Assembly: GCF_009914755.1 (NCBI RefSeq)
Contig: NC_060933.1
Direction: 5' to 3' (one strand)
DNA length: 64,000 bases
Source of the DNA: the human T2T-CHM13v2.0 reference genome, Homo sapiens
Of the stretch, positions 1 to 16,335 are shown piece by piece. Positions within the stretch are counted from its first letter, which is position 1. Every line of letters begins with the position of its first letter. Under the pieces are notes generated by a model. It saw only the letters and a program-made list of their open reading frames with translations, did no database searches and was not told the DNA's origin. The position numbers and the translations under genes are program-made.

Positions 1-1020
<1,020 letters not shown>

Positions 1021-2466
1021 CTATAATCCTCTTGGACAGGTGATAGTTGTCTGGCTACTACATTTTTTTCTATGTTTTCATTCACCTGTGTCCTCTTTGC
1101 TTTATGGAAAAAAGTGAGACTATGGCTTGAGGAAGATGTGACTCTTTTTCTATATATCTGTACTCTTTATGACTATCTTTTTATACATTGTCACATTTCC
1201 TGAACATAACTCCCTCTCCCCCACTTTATTAAGCATATTCGAGACATAGAATGAATTTCTTAAATAATATTTTAGTACTGTTGTTTCTTAAGGAGATTAG
1301 GACAAAAACATTATGAAACACCCTTGATGAAAACAAAGAAGTAAATGCAGATATATCAAGCGGTTTATTCAGAGAGATGCAGGTTATTCTTACTTTTCAT
1401 AGTTCTTCCCACCATTCTCTGCCATGCCATGGACTAGAAGGTTCTATCCTAGCATCGCTCTCAATACCTGCACTTAATCAACAATGACATCTCTTCCATT
1501 TGATAGTGAGTGATATGAATGAAGAAAGGAGGCTTCCCGGGAAAGAGGCTTCCTCATTTTATAGCAGAACTTGATGGGCATTGCGAAAACACAAGAATGA
1601 TTCTAGTCTGTATGGAAAAGCATGGCTACTTCAGTGCCTGTTGGCATAATTAATTTTGTGAAAAGCTTGTACATGGCTAGCTAACATATAATCATGACTA
1701 AAGCTGAGAGATGCTCCATCATGGAACAGACATCCTTCATGTTTCTTTTGTCTTGCTATTTTACTTTCCATACCAAACACTGTTACAAACACAAACCATT
1801 GGTTTAGCATGAAAAGGCTGCAGTAAGGAACATACAGATGGTGGCTTGCAGCAAGGTCTTGCACATGTTTCTCATGGACAAAATTGGCATTTTTGCAATC
1901 TCGTGTGCCTCTGGTATGGTGATTACAAAGCTAACACTTTTATGTTCCTCTGAACTGTAGCATCTTTCTGTTTGTTAAGCATATTTTTTAAGTGTAGGTC
2001 AAAATTACAAATATCTTTTTCTTTGTCTGCTTTCTAGAGTTGACTGCAGAAAATGAAGAGGTTTCCAAGGGACAAGGCCTATGTGAGTCTGTCAGAGGCT
2101 AGACTCATCTGTGATTTACTTTCCTTTCTAACTCCTTGGGAGAACACTGTTTTCCTGTCTCTGTGCAGTTTGCAGTTTTTGAAGGACACGCTAATAAAGG
2201 CACACTTCTAAGGAAGATAGGAAAGGTCAACTAGTGCTTCTCAACTAGTTTTAGAAAACTTCTGGCTTCTACAGCTATGTGATAATTTGCGTAGATATAA
2301 TTATTAAGGGCTTATCCTACAACTTAGTAAAAGTTTTGCGCTTTTTCTCTAGCACATGGCCTTTTAAAATGCCAGTAACTTTGTTAATTCCAAGCCAATT
2401 ATTTTCACACTTTCCAAAGCATGATATCACACTGGTCATGTGTATCTCTGTATTGGGATACAATAA

Positions 2467-2492
2467 AACACACACACACAGACACACACACA
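2467..2492. repeat. Imperfect (CA)n microsatellite
   Basis: Seen directly. Confidence 0.85.
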
Positions 2493-2952
2493 TTTACTTA
2501 TTACTTTCATTCTCAGAGATGATGCCATTGTTCTCACTATTTTAATTTAATGTGTGCAAGCTTGGTCAGTGTTACATGTTGATGGTAAAAAGATAAATAA
2601 GATACAGATTCTGACCTTAAAGAGATTCTTACGGTAGAATATGTATACTGATCAAAAATTAAGCTATGGACTACAATATTTTTCACTTTGAATATTCAGA
2701 AAAATACCACTTAGGACCTAAAAATTATAGCTAGCCTATTTTGAAAAATTCCCCAGTTCTGACTGTTGGCCATGTGCTAGATGTAAGCAAAGAGAAGAGG
2801 TAAATAAAGAGAAGATCTCTGCTGTGAAGGTACTTACAAACCAATATGCTACACTTTCTCACTTTGCATAGATTCAAAATCAGGAAGATACTACAGCAGT
2901 GCAGACAATTGTTATTGTTATCTGGTTTTGCTTAATATCACTGGATGGCTTA

Positions 2953-3504
<552 letters not shown>

Positions 3505-3974
3505 AAGCTTATTCTTTTCTTTCATAATTTCTCTGAATTAAAACACTATTGTATCCATAACTTTAAATATTTTATATTCTGGTATTGAGCAAGTAGATGA
3601 CCTTTATTAGATTAGGGAGTGGAGTACTAAAAGATAGTCACTCTTTCATGAAAAGAATGCAAAGCAGAAAGTTCTTGCTTCTGTTGAATTTTGTATAAGG
3701 ATGTCTTTGTCCAGCTAGTGAACTGTATTACATTTTGACACCATTGCATATCTGGTATGGTTTTTTGAGGTAGGAATATAAAATTAATAATTAATAATTT
3801 TGACAAAGTATAATTTTTTCTTTGTTTTTGACTGAGCAATGATCAAATGGATAGATTACTCATGCTAATATTTTGTAATATCTAGATATTTCTATAAACT
3901 AAGAATAAGCATAGACAACAGCAGATTGTCCCAGATCATCATTATTAATATAATCATCGTGGATTACTATATAA

Positions 3975-4440
3975 GGTCAAGATGTCAATTCTTCACAAAT
4001 TAACTTATGGGCTTGATGCAATTCTGCACAAGATTATATGATTATCTGGAACTTGAGGAAATCTTATTAAAATTCACCTAGAAGAGAGAAAAAGCAAGAA
4101 GAGCTAAGAAAATATTGACAAAAAAAGTAATGGATGGAAGCCTTGTCCTATGAACTGTTAAAAACTAGAACAATTCAGTGATGAAAAACTGTATTTTAAC
4201 TGTCAATTTAATGTATGTATAGGTATGTGAAATCTCAATAACATGTATATGAAAAAATATTCAAATCTAACTAAATCCTAGTCTTCAAGTATCTATCTGA
4301 AAGTCTATCTTTCATCTATGTATATTTAGAACATTTAATAAGGAAATATGCAAGGACCATATAAAAGATCTACATCATTTATTGAGTGATATAAAATTAT
4401 TTTATTATGTCCCTAGATTAAAAAGACATATAGGATAATA
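3975..4440 (+). mobile_element. Ancient L1M ORF2 fragments
   Basis: 'aagatgtcaattcttcacaaattaact...aaaattcacctagaag' resembles the ORF2 KMSILPKLIY region. Confidence 0.55.
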
Positions 4441-4691
4441 TAAATGTACAATATAAATTATCTTATATACCCTGTAGTATACTGTTCAGTACATAAAGTA
4501 AGTATTCAATGACTATTTCTTAAATAAATGAATATAAAAAGTTTGTATTGTTTTGTAATTATTGGAAGGCTTATTTCAGCATGAAATAAAATCTAAGTAA
4601 GTATTGATACATAGAAAGTAATTGTCGGGGTAATTTGGAAAAAAACATATTGTCCTAGGTACCTGATAAGAATATATATGAAGGAGGTAGG

Positions 4692-4737
4692 TATATTAGT
4701 TAGGAGTTTGCAGAGAAACAGAATCAATAGGGGATGT

Positions 4738-4770
<33 letters not shown>

Positions 4771-5140
4771 ATAAATGATTTATCTTAAGGAACTGGCTTA
4801 TGTAATTAGGGAGGCTGAGAAGTCCCACAATTGGGTGTCAGCAAGAGGAAGATCCAGGAGAGCTGGGGATGTAGTTCTGAGAACCAGAGTGCTTGTAGTA
4901 TAAGTCTCAGTTGAGGGCAGGAGAAGACTCAGTCAGGCAGAGACTGAATTCACCCTTCTCCACATTTTTATTCTGTTTCGCCCTCAGTAGATTGGATGAT
5001 TGGGTGCAGGGTGCTTTACTGAGTCCACCAATTCAAATGCTAATCTCATCTACAAACACCCTTACAGACACACCCAGAAGTAATGGTTATTCTGGGCACC
5101 CCATGTCACAGTCAAATTGACACATAAAATTAACCACCAG
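4692..5140 (-). mobile_element. MLT2B-like ERVL LTR with internal (TG)n at ~4735-4770
   Basis: 'agagaaacagaatcaatagg', 'ttacagacacacccagaa', terminus 'gacacataaaattaaccacc'. Confidence 0.85.
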
Positions 5141-5800
5141 AATTAACAGGAACAGAAAAAAAACTTTGAAGTTTGCCAGATTACATGGTGAAACAGGATG
5201 AGTAGAAAAATACTTATCCAAAAATAGTATGTTGGAGAAAGAGAAGCAATCGCCTATATTTAGGCCCTGAATTAGATACTCTTTGTCTGATAGATAGGGC
5301 AATGTCAGCTTAGAAACATCTGGCATGTCAGGTATTATATTCAAAGCAATAGGATATTGGGAAGACATGCATATTTCTAAGGAAGAGAGAAACTTAGAGT
5401 GGGACTTAATGACTGTTCTCTCTGAGATATGATTTATTAAAATTCTTTCCAGTATAATTACTCATAAATATGGGAAATCAACTGCAATTTACTCCCAGGA
5501 ATCAATCAGTGCCTTTTCTTGCTAGATCGATCCCTTGTGGGCTGCTGATCACTATTCCTGGATTTGGACCAGTGATGCAGAGTGCATTCATTATTCATTC
5601 ACTTATTCCTTCAATAAATATTTGTGAAATGCCTACTCAGTGACAACATGGTGGTGGTATGGCTGCCGATTTAATAGGAAACAGCACATGGCTTCCAGTC
5701 TCTTGAGCTAAGAGAATGGGAAGTATGGGGGAAGGCAGGGGACACAAATTTGTGTGTCCAAAGAATGTGATGTAGGGTCTGTAGAGTAGCTGGCTAAATT

Positions 5801-6800
<1,000 letters not shown>

Positions 6801-7028
6801 AGTTGTGTGTAGATCATAAAGTGTGTGTTGACTACATGAAAAGTAAACAATAATAAAGAGTTGAGACTAAATCCTAGGAGAAATACGGAGCTATTAGAAG
6901 TTTTTAAGCAAGAGGAGGACATGGTCATATTTATGTTTTAGATGGAGCACTTTGTCTGTAGTACAGACAGAGATAAAAATCAGGCAAGATTGGAAGCTGG
7001 GAGATAGGGGCTGTTGCAACAATTTAGA

Positions 7029-7175
7029 CAGCAAAGGTTACAGATCGTGTACGTTTCATAGGTTACATATTTTGGGGCCTTTTAAAAAAATACAAAATTT
7101 TGAATGCAAAATTAGATGTGAAGCTCTAGAAGGGGTCTTAAGACTCATGAGTTTTATTCTACATCCACCTTTAGA
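7029..7175 (-). mobile_element. MER53-like hAT DNA transposon relic
   Basis: 'ttttggggccttttaaaaaaatacaaaattttgaatgcaaaattag...gaagggg'. Confidence 0.6.
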
Positions 7176-9803
7176 TCCAGTGAAGTAGTTTACGTGGTCT
7201 GAACTATGGTGGGGGCAGTAGGAATGAAGAAAGATGAATGAAAGGAAATCTGAAAAGGAACTTGGTGATTGGATGTGCAAGGTGAGGGGAGAGAACTATC
7301 AAGGACCATGCTTAGTTTTCTGTCTTGTGCAATCAATTGGCTCGATGAAGGAAGGGTCTGTTCATTGAGACAGGAAACACAGGAGGCAGAGTAGATTTTG
7401 GTGGCAATATGGGAAGTGAAGTTTTGCACCCAGGCAAAGTAGAAGTGATTGTGAAATATTCAGGTGTGAAGCTCAAGATAGTGAAATTATCCTACTTCTG
7501 ATGAGGCTCAATTAATTTTGGCAACTTGGGTGTTCAGCATCCTGAGGATGAATGTAATGCCCCATCAAGTGTGGCTCCCAAAGTAGGTGTAGATTTAAAT
7601 TTTGCATAATCCGTAGTTCAGTGATTATTGCCTTGAAGCCCTATTGCCTAGGTCTGAAAACTAATGCTGGGTTATGTAGGACTCTTACTGTTTTTCTCAC
7701 CCTTACTGTGGTGCCTTTCAGGATGATTTTTTTTCCTGGTCATGTTGCACTGTAATACTGGGACATGTGCTGCTTAGCTAGCAGGTTACCCTGAAGGCTT
7801 TTAGTTCATTGGGGAGGATGAATTTTTGGTTGTATGTGTAGGGTTTCTGTAATGTAGGTCAGTGTCTGAGCTCCCTTTGATTGTTAATCCATAGTCTTCA
7901 ACTGATTATGCAACCCACGGAGGACCTGATAAATATAATGTTTTAAAGTTCAGCAGCAAATTTCCTTCTCCGTTGTCCTTTGATTTGAAAATGGCTGACA
8001 AATTTTTCTTACAGTTTTTATGAAAGTGAAGACAGATATGACTACCAACGAATATAAAAATCTCCCCACCAGGAAAGTTTTAGACTGTCATCAAATGACT
8101 TAATATAGGAGATAATAATAGAGTCTGTTTTGCAACCTAAAATATAGTATTTTCTACTATGAACACTGTAATTACTATTTACAGCTAGATTATAGGGAAA
8201 TCTGTGGGTGTCATGGAATTCAGTTTAAAATTATGGAAACTCTGTTTGCATAATTAAAAGGCTAGTTAATAAATTCCCTCCTATTTTCTAACCTATTTAA
8301 GCAGATCATATATGTACCAATATTTCTCTGCTAACTATGGTAGAGAAGACAACCAACTTTAAATCTTCTGTTGCTGAATAATACCCATAATAACTGTGTA
8401 TAATATATGGCTCATAATTAGTGAATATGCTGAGCTTTTTCAAGAAATGCATTAGATATGGCATAGATACAAATTTCTGCTTCATTAAATGACTTTATGG
8501 ACTATATTTTGCTGCTTTTGCACATGTGATCTTTTCCCCTGTTTGATAGCAAGATTACTTTACAGCTCCTTAATGAGAATATCTTTTTTTTTCTGAAACC
8601 TTTTCTGAAGTTTTATTGAAGCTCTGGGTGACCTATTTCTAACGGTTTTAGAGCTCTAACATTTTCTCTCCCTTATTTAAGTAGCTTTAACTTATGTTTG
8701 ATTAGTGGTTTTAGAAGTAGATTCATAATCTAATTTTAGGATGAAAATCTTTTCTTACAGGAGAAAACAAATTTAAAAATAACCTTACATGTCACAAGGT
8801 GCCTATGGATTATGGAAATGGCTCACATTCCCGGGGCACTTATTGGGTAAAGAGGGTGAAAGCCAGAGATGACTTCTCTTAGTTGCATTTTATTCTTAGT
8901 TGCATTTCTGCAGGAAAATTTCTCTTTATTAAGAGGACTAGAAAATAAGTTCATTGATGGGTCTAAGGAATGACTGCAATACAATGTTAGGTGCTGTGAT
9001 GTCATAGTAGTATAGAAGCAGAGATGAGATGCTAATACCGGGTATTTGTAGAATGGGTGGGAGGTTTCCAGGTGTCCAGGTGTCCCATATTTAAGGAAGC
9101 TTAATATTCACATTTGAATTTTGGAGCAGCTATGACTTAAATATCAAGAAATATTGTGATAAATGATTTGAGCCCTGAAAGATAAATAGGAATTTACCTA
9201 CCACAGAAGATGGAAAAAGGCTGGAGCAAAAATTTAGAGGCAACAATTCATATTATAATTTTTTTAGTTAGAGTAAATTTTAATTTTAGTTCTAAAAGAA
9301 ATCCACACACTTTAGCAAACTGAAACAATACAGACATATGTAATGTAAAGAGGAAATATCTACTTTATGTTGTTGCCCTCCCTATCCCCAGCCTCTATTC
9401 ATGCCTCTCTCCACATGTTTAGTGTCGATTCTCTGAGAGCTTTTCCTATGAGTTTACTCATTTACATATCTGTGTGTGTGCATGCATGTGTGTATGTAAT
9501 TAGTTTCATTGTTATGTAACTTGCATCACTCAATATGCCTTATCGACCATTTCCTGTTAGTGCATTTCAGTCTACTCTATACATTTTAAGAACTACCTAT
9601 CAACATGGTATAAATATACCATAATTTATTTAACCATAGCCATATATAAGGTGTTTACAATTGCTATGGACTGAAAATCACCCCGTCTGTAATTTTTATG
9701 TTGAAATCTTAACCCCCAGGGTGATAGTATTAGGAGGTGGGACCTTTGGGAGGAGATCAGGTCATGAAACTGGAGCCCTGCTGAATGGGATTGGTGCCCT
9801 TAT

Positions 9804-10650
9804 CAAAAAGTTGGCAAAGGATATGAACAGACACTTCTGAAAAGAAGACATTTATGGAACCAAAAGAATATGAAAAAATGCTCATCATCACTGGCCATCA
9901 GAGAAATGCAAATCAAAACCACAATGAGATACCATCTCACACCGGTTAGAATGGCGATCATTAAAAAGTCAGGAAACAACAGGTGCTGGAGAGGATGTGG
10001 AGAAATAGGAACACTTTTACACTGTTGGTGTGACTGTAAACTAGTTCAACCGTTGTGGAAGTCAGTGTGGCGATTCCTCAGGGATCTAGAACTAGAAATA
10101 CCATTTGACCCAGCCATCCTATTACTGGGTATATACCCAAAGGATTATAAATCATGCTGCTATAAAGACACATGCACACGTATGTTTATTGTGGCACTAT
10201 TTACTCTAGCAAAGACTTGGAACCAACCTGAATGTCCAACAATGATAGACTGGATTAAGAAAATGTGGCACATATACACCATGGAATACTATGCAGCCAT
10301 AAAGAATGATGAGTTCATGTCCTTTGTAGGGACATGGATGAAGCTGGAAACCATCATTCTCAGCAAACTATCGCACGGACAAAAAACCAAACACTGCATG
10401 TTCTCACTCATAGATGGGAATTGAACAATGAGAACACATGGACACAGGAAGGGGAACATCACACACCGGGGCCTGTTGTGGGGTTGGGGGAGGGGGGAGG
10501 GATAGCATTAGGAGAGATACCTAATGCTAAATGACGAGTTAATGGGTGCAGCACACCAACATGGCACATGTATACATATGTAACTAACCTGCACATTGTG
10601 CACATGTACCCTAAAACTTAAAGTATAATAATAATAAAATAAAAAAAAAA
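9804..10650 (+). mobile_element. 5'-truncated L1PA4-like element (ORF2 C-terminus, 3' UTR, polyA)
   Basis: 3' UTR 'gctaaatgacgagttaatgggtgcagcacaccaac'; G-rich tract; A tail. Confidence 0.95.
9870..10424 (+). pseudogene. L1 ORF2p C-terminal 184 aa (~1092-1275) including the CCHC zinc knuckle
   Basis: [18 protein letters not shown] motif; ends at the natural ORF2 stop; upstream TGA at 9838-9840. Confidence 0.9.
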
Positions 10651-11671
10651 GAGGACCAAGGGAGTCATTTACCCTTTCTGCCATGTGAGGACACTGTGAA
10701 AAGAAGGCTCTCTATGAACCAGGAAGGGGGCCCTCACCAGATAGTGAATCTGCGGGTGCCTTGATCCTGGAATTACCTTTCCGTACTGTGAGAAGTAAAT
10801 TTATGCTGCTTATAAGCTATGCCATTTATGGTATTTTGTTATAGCAGCCTGAATGAAATAAGACAACTCTTTTTCTATATTACAAATAATTCTGCAATGA
10901 ACTTCTATATCCATAATTATCTCCTAATTTATTCCTCTATTTTTCTTTCCTTTCCCTCTTTTTTCCTTCTCTATCTTCACTCACTCTCTCCATCACACTC
11001 TCACATTTATCTAAACAAAATCTTTGTGCACATTTGTATTTCTGTAGAATGGATCCTGGAAGTGGAATTGCTAGAACAATTTAAATATTGATATGTATTC
11101 CTGAATTTCCCTTCCGAAAACTCTGTACCAGCTTACACTTCCATCAAAATTTGGTCGGGTTTATTTCATCATTAATCATGGATATCTTTGCATTTTCGAT
11201 GGGAAAAAATGATAAATAGTATTTAAATCTTTTTGTTGTTTCTCCTAAAATGGTGAATTTGAATTTGAACATCTTTTCACATGTATTTTGGCCCAGTGAA
11301 TTTCCTTAATTTTTCTTGTTGATTTTTACACTAAATTATTTTAAAAATGATTTTTAGAACATCTTTATTCAGTTTGGCTATTATAATTTTTTTCTGCTGT
11401 ATGTTTTGCAAATATGTCCTTTAAGAAATGTTTATTTTCTATATTTTTTTTTGTGGTAGAGAAATTTTTAATTTTGATCTAGTCAAATCTGTCATTTTTT
11501 TCCTTAATTTTTTCTGTATTATTTCTTTTATGTCTCTTGCCTAAGAAGGACTTTTTCAGATCAAGATTATAAAAATATTCTTAAATTTTTTTTTGTATTT
11601 TCATAGGTTTTTTTTTTACTTTAGGTTTGAATTCACATGGAATTTAATTTTAATTTGTATATAACATAGGG

Positions 11672-12085
11672 TATGGCTGAGATCTAGGTAATCACCACAT
11701 CGATCTCATTTTCTTTGTATGTACATAGTTAGATTTTATTTCCCAGTCTTCTGTGCAGTTGGGTGAGGCCCTATGACTAAACTGTACCATGGAATGAGAA
11801 TAGAAGTAATGTATACCACTTCTAGTCTTGGCTCATAAAAATCTTTCAAGAGAGATCCTCTGTGTCTATCCTCTTCCCAAATGGTCTTGGAGGCCAGGTG
11901 TTGAAGATGATAGAGTCAAATTTGAAAGAGTTTAGATCCCAGAATTACCACTTAGAGAAGAGTCATACACCAATCAGGAATATCCATTTTTGACTCTATG
12001 TGAGCAAGAGAGAAACTTCTTTCAATAGCTTTAAGCCACTGAGATTTTAGGGTTTATCTTTCATAGCATTTACATAATCAATACA
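11672..12085 (+). mobile_element. Old MLT1 (H/I/J-like) LTR
   Basis: 'atttcccagtc...ggccctatgactaa', 'tgtgagcaagagagaaacttc...ttaagccactgagattttaggg', ends 'aataca'. Confidence 0.7.
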
Positions 12086-12349
12086 CAGAGTAAGATTGTG
12101 ACTTAACTTTTTCCAACTGTCAGGTCAATTGTCGTAACACACTTTATTTAATAGCTTGCCATATACTCTGTAATTTGAAATTCTACTTTTAGCATATTCT
12201 ATATTTTCATAATTTTAGGAGTGATTCTAGATTCTGTTTTGTTTTATTGAGCTACGCATTTATTCCTGCAACAATGCCATGATATTTTAACCACTACGGC
12301 TTTGTAATTTTTCCTGGTATCTGGTAGCAGAATTAGCTTTTAAAATTGA

Positions 12350-12600
12350 GGCGTGTCTTGTTCCTTTAAAGTCTTTCTGTGACTCTTAGAATACAATAGA
12401 AAATCTCTAACATGATCTCTAAAGCCCTGCATGATTTAGCCACTGTCTGTCTTTCTAGATGTATCCCTCCTTCTCTGCTTCTCAGCTGCTTTAATTTTCT
12501 GAAAATGTAAAGTATCTTAGGACCTCTGGACCTTCACAAATGGAAGTTTCACAAATATTTTTCCATTTGCCTGAAAGAGTTGAGTGTATCCAGATAAACT
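12350..12600 (+). mobile_element. L2 fragment
   Basis: 'aaagccctgcatgatttagcc' L2 motif. Confidence 0.55.
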
Positions 12601-13082
12601 CTTGCTCCCATATGACTTTGATCTGTTATGTAAAGAGAGAGAAGTCATTACTGATTCCATGTAGTCATGAAGACATTCTTAAGTATAAATAACTTAAGGA
12701 CATGTGAGGTCACATGGAAAGGAAGAACTTGACTTGGAGAATTTTGAATTTTTTTCCATATCTGACCCATAGATGAATCAGTTCTCCACTGACATCACAT
12801 GTTTCTCATCATGTAAATAAAAAATGATGAATATCAAAGTTTTCTTTAGAAACCCTGGAGACATTGATTGTACACTATGTTGTGTGTGGTGTAAGTATGA
12901 AATTTAATGGAACTTTTAAGTGTATGGCTTACAAATAATTAACAAATAATTTCGATGTCTAATCTTATTGCATTAACTATAGGCCTGTTCAAGAGCAAAA
13001 ATAACACTGTATGTAAGTTTTACATAAAATTATAGACCTTTTCCACCTAGGGGTACCGTCTGTCTCAAGCTCCTATATATTG

Positions 13083-13559
13083 CTGTATAAGTGAAGGTTC
13101 TGGCAGCAAATAGCACCTCAAACAGTGTAACTGAAGAGTGTTTTATAGGAGATGACAGACAATGGTGTGGGGAGGGGAAAAAGAAATGAGTAAGAGATGG
13201 TGCAGTGCTCCAGAGTTGGTACTGATGGGGTCCTGTTACCAGCCCCAAACCTGAGAGAATCAGGAGAGAGAGAAGTTACTGGAAGTTGAAGGCCAGGCCA
13301 CCTGACAGGGACCATCCCTTTAGTATAGGTGCTTAACTAACCTGCGGTGACGTGGCAGAGAGAGCCATAGGAATCAATCCTTGCTCCTGTTCTCTTTCTA
13401 CTCTATGGTCTTCTGCTGGAGTCTTCTGTTGGTCAAACCCAACTGGAAGCTAAAGGGGAAGGTAGCCGCATTAATAAGGGCTGTTAAGCTCTTGAGGTTC
13501 AAAGCTGGGTAACTAAGGATAGAGAAAATTTGGAGGGAGAAAAGAAAATATCCTGCACA
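13083..13559 (-). mobile_element. Old ERVL LTR (LTR33/LTR41-like)
   Basis: 'gtaactgaagagtgttttat', 'ctgttaccagcccc', 'ggtcaaacccaactggaagc', terminus 'atatcctgcaca'. Confidence 0.6.
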
Positions 13560-14654
13560 CTCTGATGTATCTTGAATTTATGTTTTTAGGATTCATATAG
13601 GATGAAGATTAATTTCACATATTTCCAAGTTCCAAATCAATACTTACAACACTATCTGTTGAGCTTGACTTTCCATATTACTTTCTGAACCCCTTCGAAA
13701 TTATTATGCATAATAGAGTATGTTCTGGAGTATGTGGTCTGGGATATGTTTTTCACTGTTTTGTAGTAGTTTTATAAAATGCTTATTTGATTGGATAAGA
13801 CTTTCCTATATTTTTTTCCAGATTTAAGAGTTTCTTTTAGCATTTAATATAGATCTAGATGATTAAGTGTTTTCAAACTATATAAAAAAATAACTTGTTT
13901 CTCTGCTGTGTGTTGTACTTTTACAAATATGTGGAGCATTGTATCTAGTGTGTTATAGGCATAGGTAAACAGTAAAGTATGGCTGAATAAATGAATATAC
14001 ATTTATTTAAGAATATATTGAAGTATATATGTTCAAAAATACTAGAATAAAGCAATGTATACTACAGTTAAGATTGGAAGACATTACATGACATTTACTT
14101 AAATAAAGACAGATTTATACACGGAAATAACAGGATGAATGGTTCTCATGTAAATAGGAAAGACCAAACAAAGTGTTTACTGATACACTTGATATTATTA
14201 AATACATCATATAAAAGATTCTTACCAGAATGTAAAAGGGGACAAATGTAAATTGGATTTCATATCCAGATACAAGGGTACCTCAAGGTGTCTGGGCACT
14301 TCTGCCAGTATCAGCTCCAGAGAGAATTCAGGTACTAGGTGTCTAGTACAGGACTGCTCCAAGATGCAGAAGGGATTCTGAACTTCTCAGGGGAAGGGGG
14401 ATGCCTTCAAAGCTTCTGTTTTATCTATCTAGGTCATTTCTATTACTCCCCTCAACTCCTTATCTTATTGAATTATCTCTCTTATCCACCTTTAAAAATT
14501 TAGCTTATGTTTATACCACTTAATCTTTTCTTTTACAAATTCTTTCTCAATCTGCAGTCTATGTCCTCAGTGTTCCTATAAATTCTTGGGCTGGTGGCAT
14601 CACCATATCATCATCCTCCTCATCATCATCACAGTTGTGATCACCATCAGAGGC

Positions 14655-14927
14655 TGATATTTGTTCAAATTACTATGTACCAGGTATTTGGCTAAATAAT
14701 TTATATGAGTTATCTCATTTAATTTTTACAATGAAGTAGATATTATAAGTATTCCTGATTTAGAGATACACATTGCATACTGTTTATAATCTGTTCGACT
14801 CATCTTCCTCTCTCAACAGTAAGTTCATTGAGGCCTTCAGTACATCCTTTATCTTGTATCTTTATATCCCTGGCCTTAAGAATAGTGATCAGTACATGGA
14901 GTTATACTCCAAATATTTGAATGAATG
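14655..14927. mobile_element. MIR (-) followed by an L2 3' end (+)
   Basis: 'tactatgtaccagg...atctcatttaat'; 'aaatatttgaatgaatg'. Confidence 0.6.
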
Positions 14928-16335
14928 TTGGTTTAGTCTATTTTGATTTAATTTCTAGACATAGATTTTATATGATCATTTAAAAATAGAGTGACACTTT
15001 GCTTCCTATGCAAAGCCACAACATTTCTGGAACAATAATTTATTTTATTAAATCCACTAAAATATTTGTCAAATTAAAATAAAATCCCTCTTGGGTTTTA
15101 GTTCTCTGTTCTCTATGTGTATTTAATTCAAATTGGATGAAAGACTGATGATCATGGATTTCTGCTATTGAAGAAAATGGAATAAAAGACTTCTTGGCAA
15201 AACAGTCAGTTTTTTAACTTGCAAATTAAATTATAGTGTAGATTTGCTATCTTGCCCCCATTAACTTCTTGCCCTCTTTGGCTATCTGAGTCCCGTGGGG
15301 ATCAGATTTCCCGTAGCCCAGTATAACATGCTATTGATCACCCCTTCTGCTTTGCCACTTTCACCTTCCAGTACAAATTGGCCTGTGTCAAGTGGAGGAG
15401 GAACGTGGAGGGGGAAGATAATTAATTTACCCTCACATTGAAATTAGATGCATTCTAAAAGGAGGCAATCATCTGGGCTTGGATCCCTGAGGATCTACCA
15501 ATTTTGGGTTGTAAATTCCTCAGCTAACTTATTCTAAAGTATCAGGAGCATAAGTAAATACATTTTTCATACATCTGTGTGTACTGGGGTGAAAAGGATT
15601 GGATGGTACCCTGAAGTAGAACCTAGCAGTGACCTTTTCAAAGTTTTTACACAGTTTTAGTCACATGGTGTCTTGAAGTTGAAATTATGTACTCTCAAAA
15701 TATTGGAAACTTCTTTGAAACCATGGAAACAGCATGTGAGATGGGGGATGACTGGACAGCAGAATAAGACCTTCCTATTATGACTATTGTTCTTTCACTA
15801 TGAATATCTAAAAGTGTATCTTCATAAGTCACTTTCTTCTAGTTATAGCTTTGAGAACATCAGTGCTTTTAGAATCAAAGATATTGTCACAAAAGGAAGC
15901 GCAAGCCATGGAACTGTTTATAATATGATTATAAACAATTCTTTCTCTAATACTTATAGTTCTGCTTTCATGCTAAATAATGTATTTGAAGATTTGAGTC
16001 AGTAATCTTCCTAAGCAGAGTGACAGGAGCCTCCAAGGCATATATACAAGGCTGTTTCACTATTCTGCAGCATTTCAGAGTGCCTGTTATTTAACGCAAT
16101 ACAGATAAATTAACATGCAATAAAGCTTCCAGTAGTGATACTAATTTACAACAATGGTAGAACAAAAATGTTGTTAATAATTGTAATTCTTCCAGAGGGT
16201 TTACTTCTCATTTCACTCTATTATGGCAGTGAAAATGTGTTTAGGGAGTAACAGAGTACCGTTCTCCAGAACCCAGTAGCAGTCCTCTTAACGTTATACG
16301 TGTGGTGAATCCCTAAAATTTAAAATACTCCCTGA

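Larger units (their letters stand above)
9662..10865 (+). mobile_element. MLT1A MaLR LTR split by L1PA4
   Basis: Starts 'tgctatggactgaa', ends 'gttatagcagcctgaatgaaataagaca'. Confidence 0.85.
9255..12330 (-). mobile_element. L1ME-like tract interrupted by MLT1A (with L1PA4) and a second MLT1
   Basis: Antisense L1M motifs 'ccataatttatttaacca', 'ggaagtggaattgctag', 'tagtcaaatctgtca'. Confidence 0.7.
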
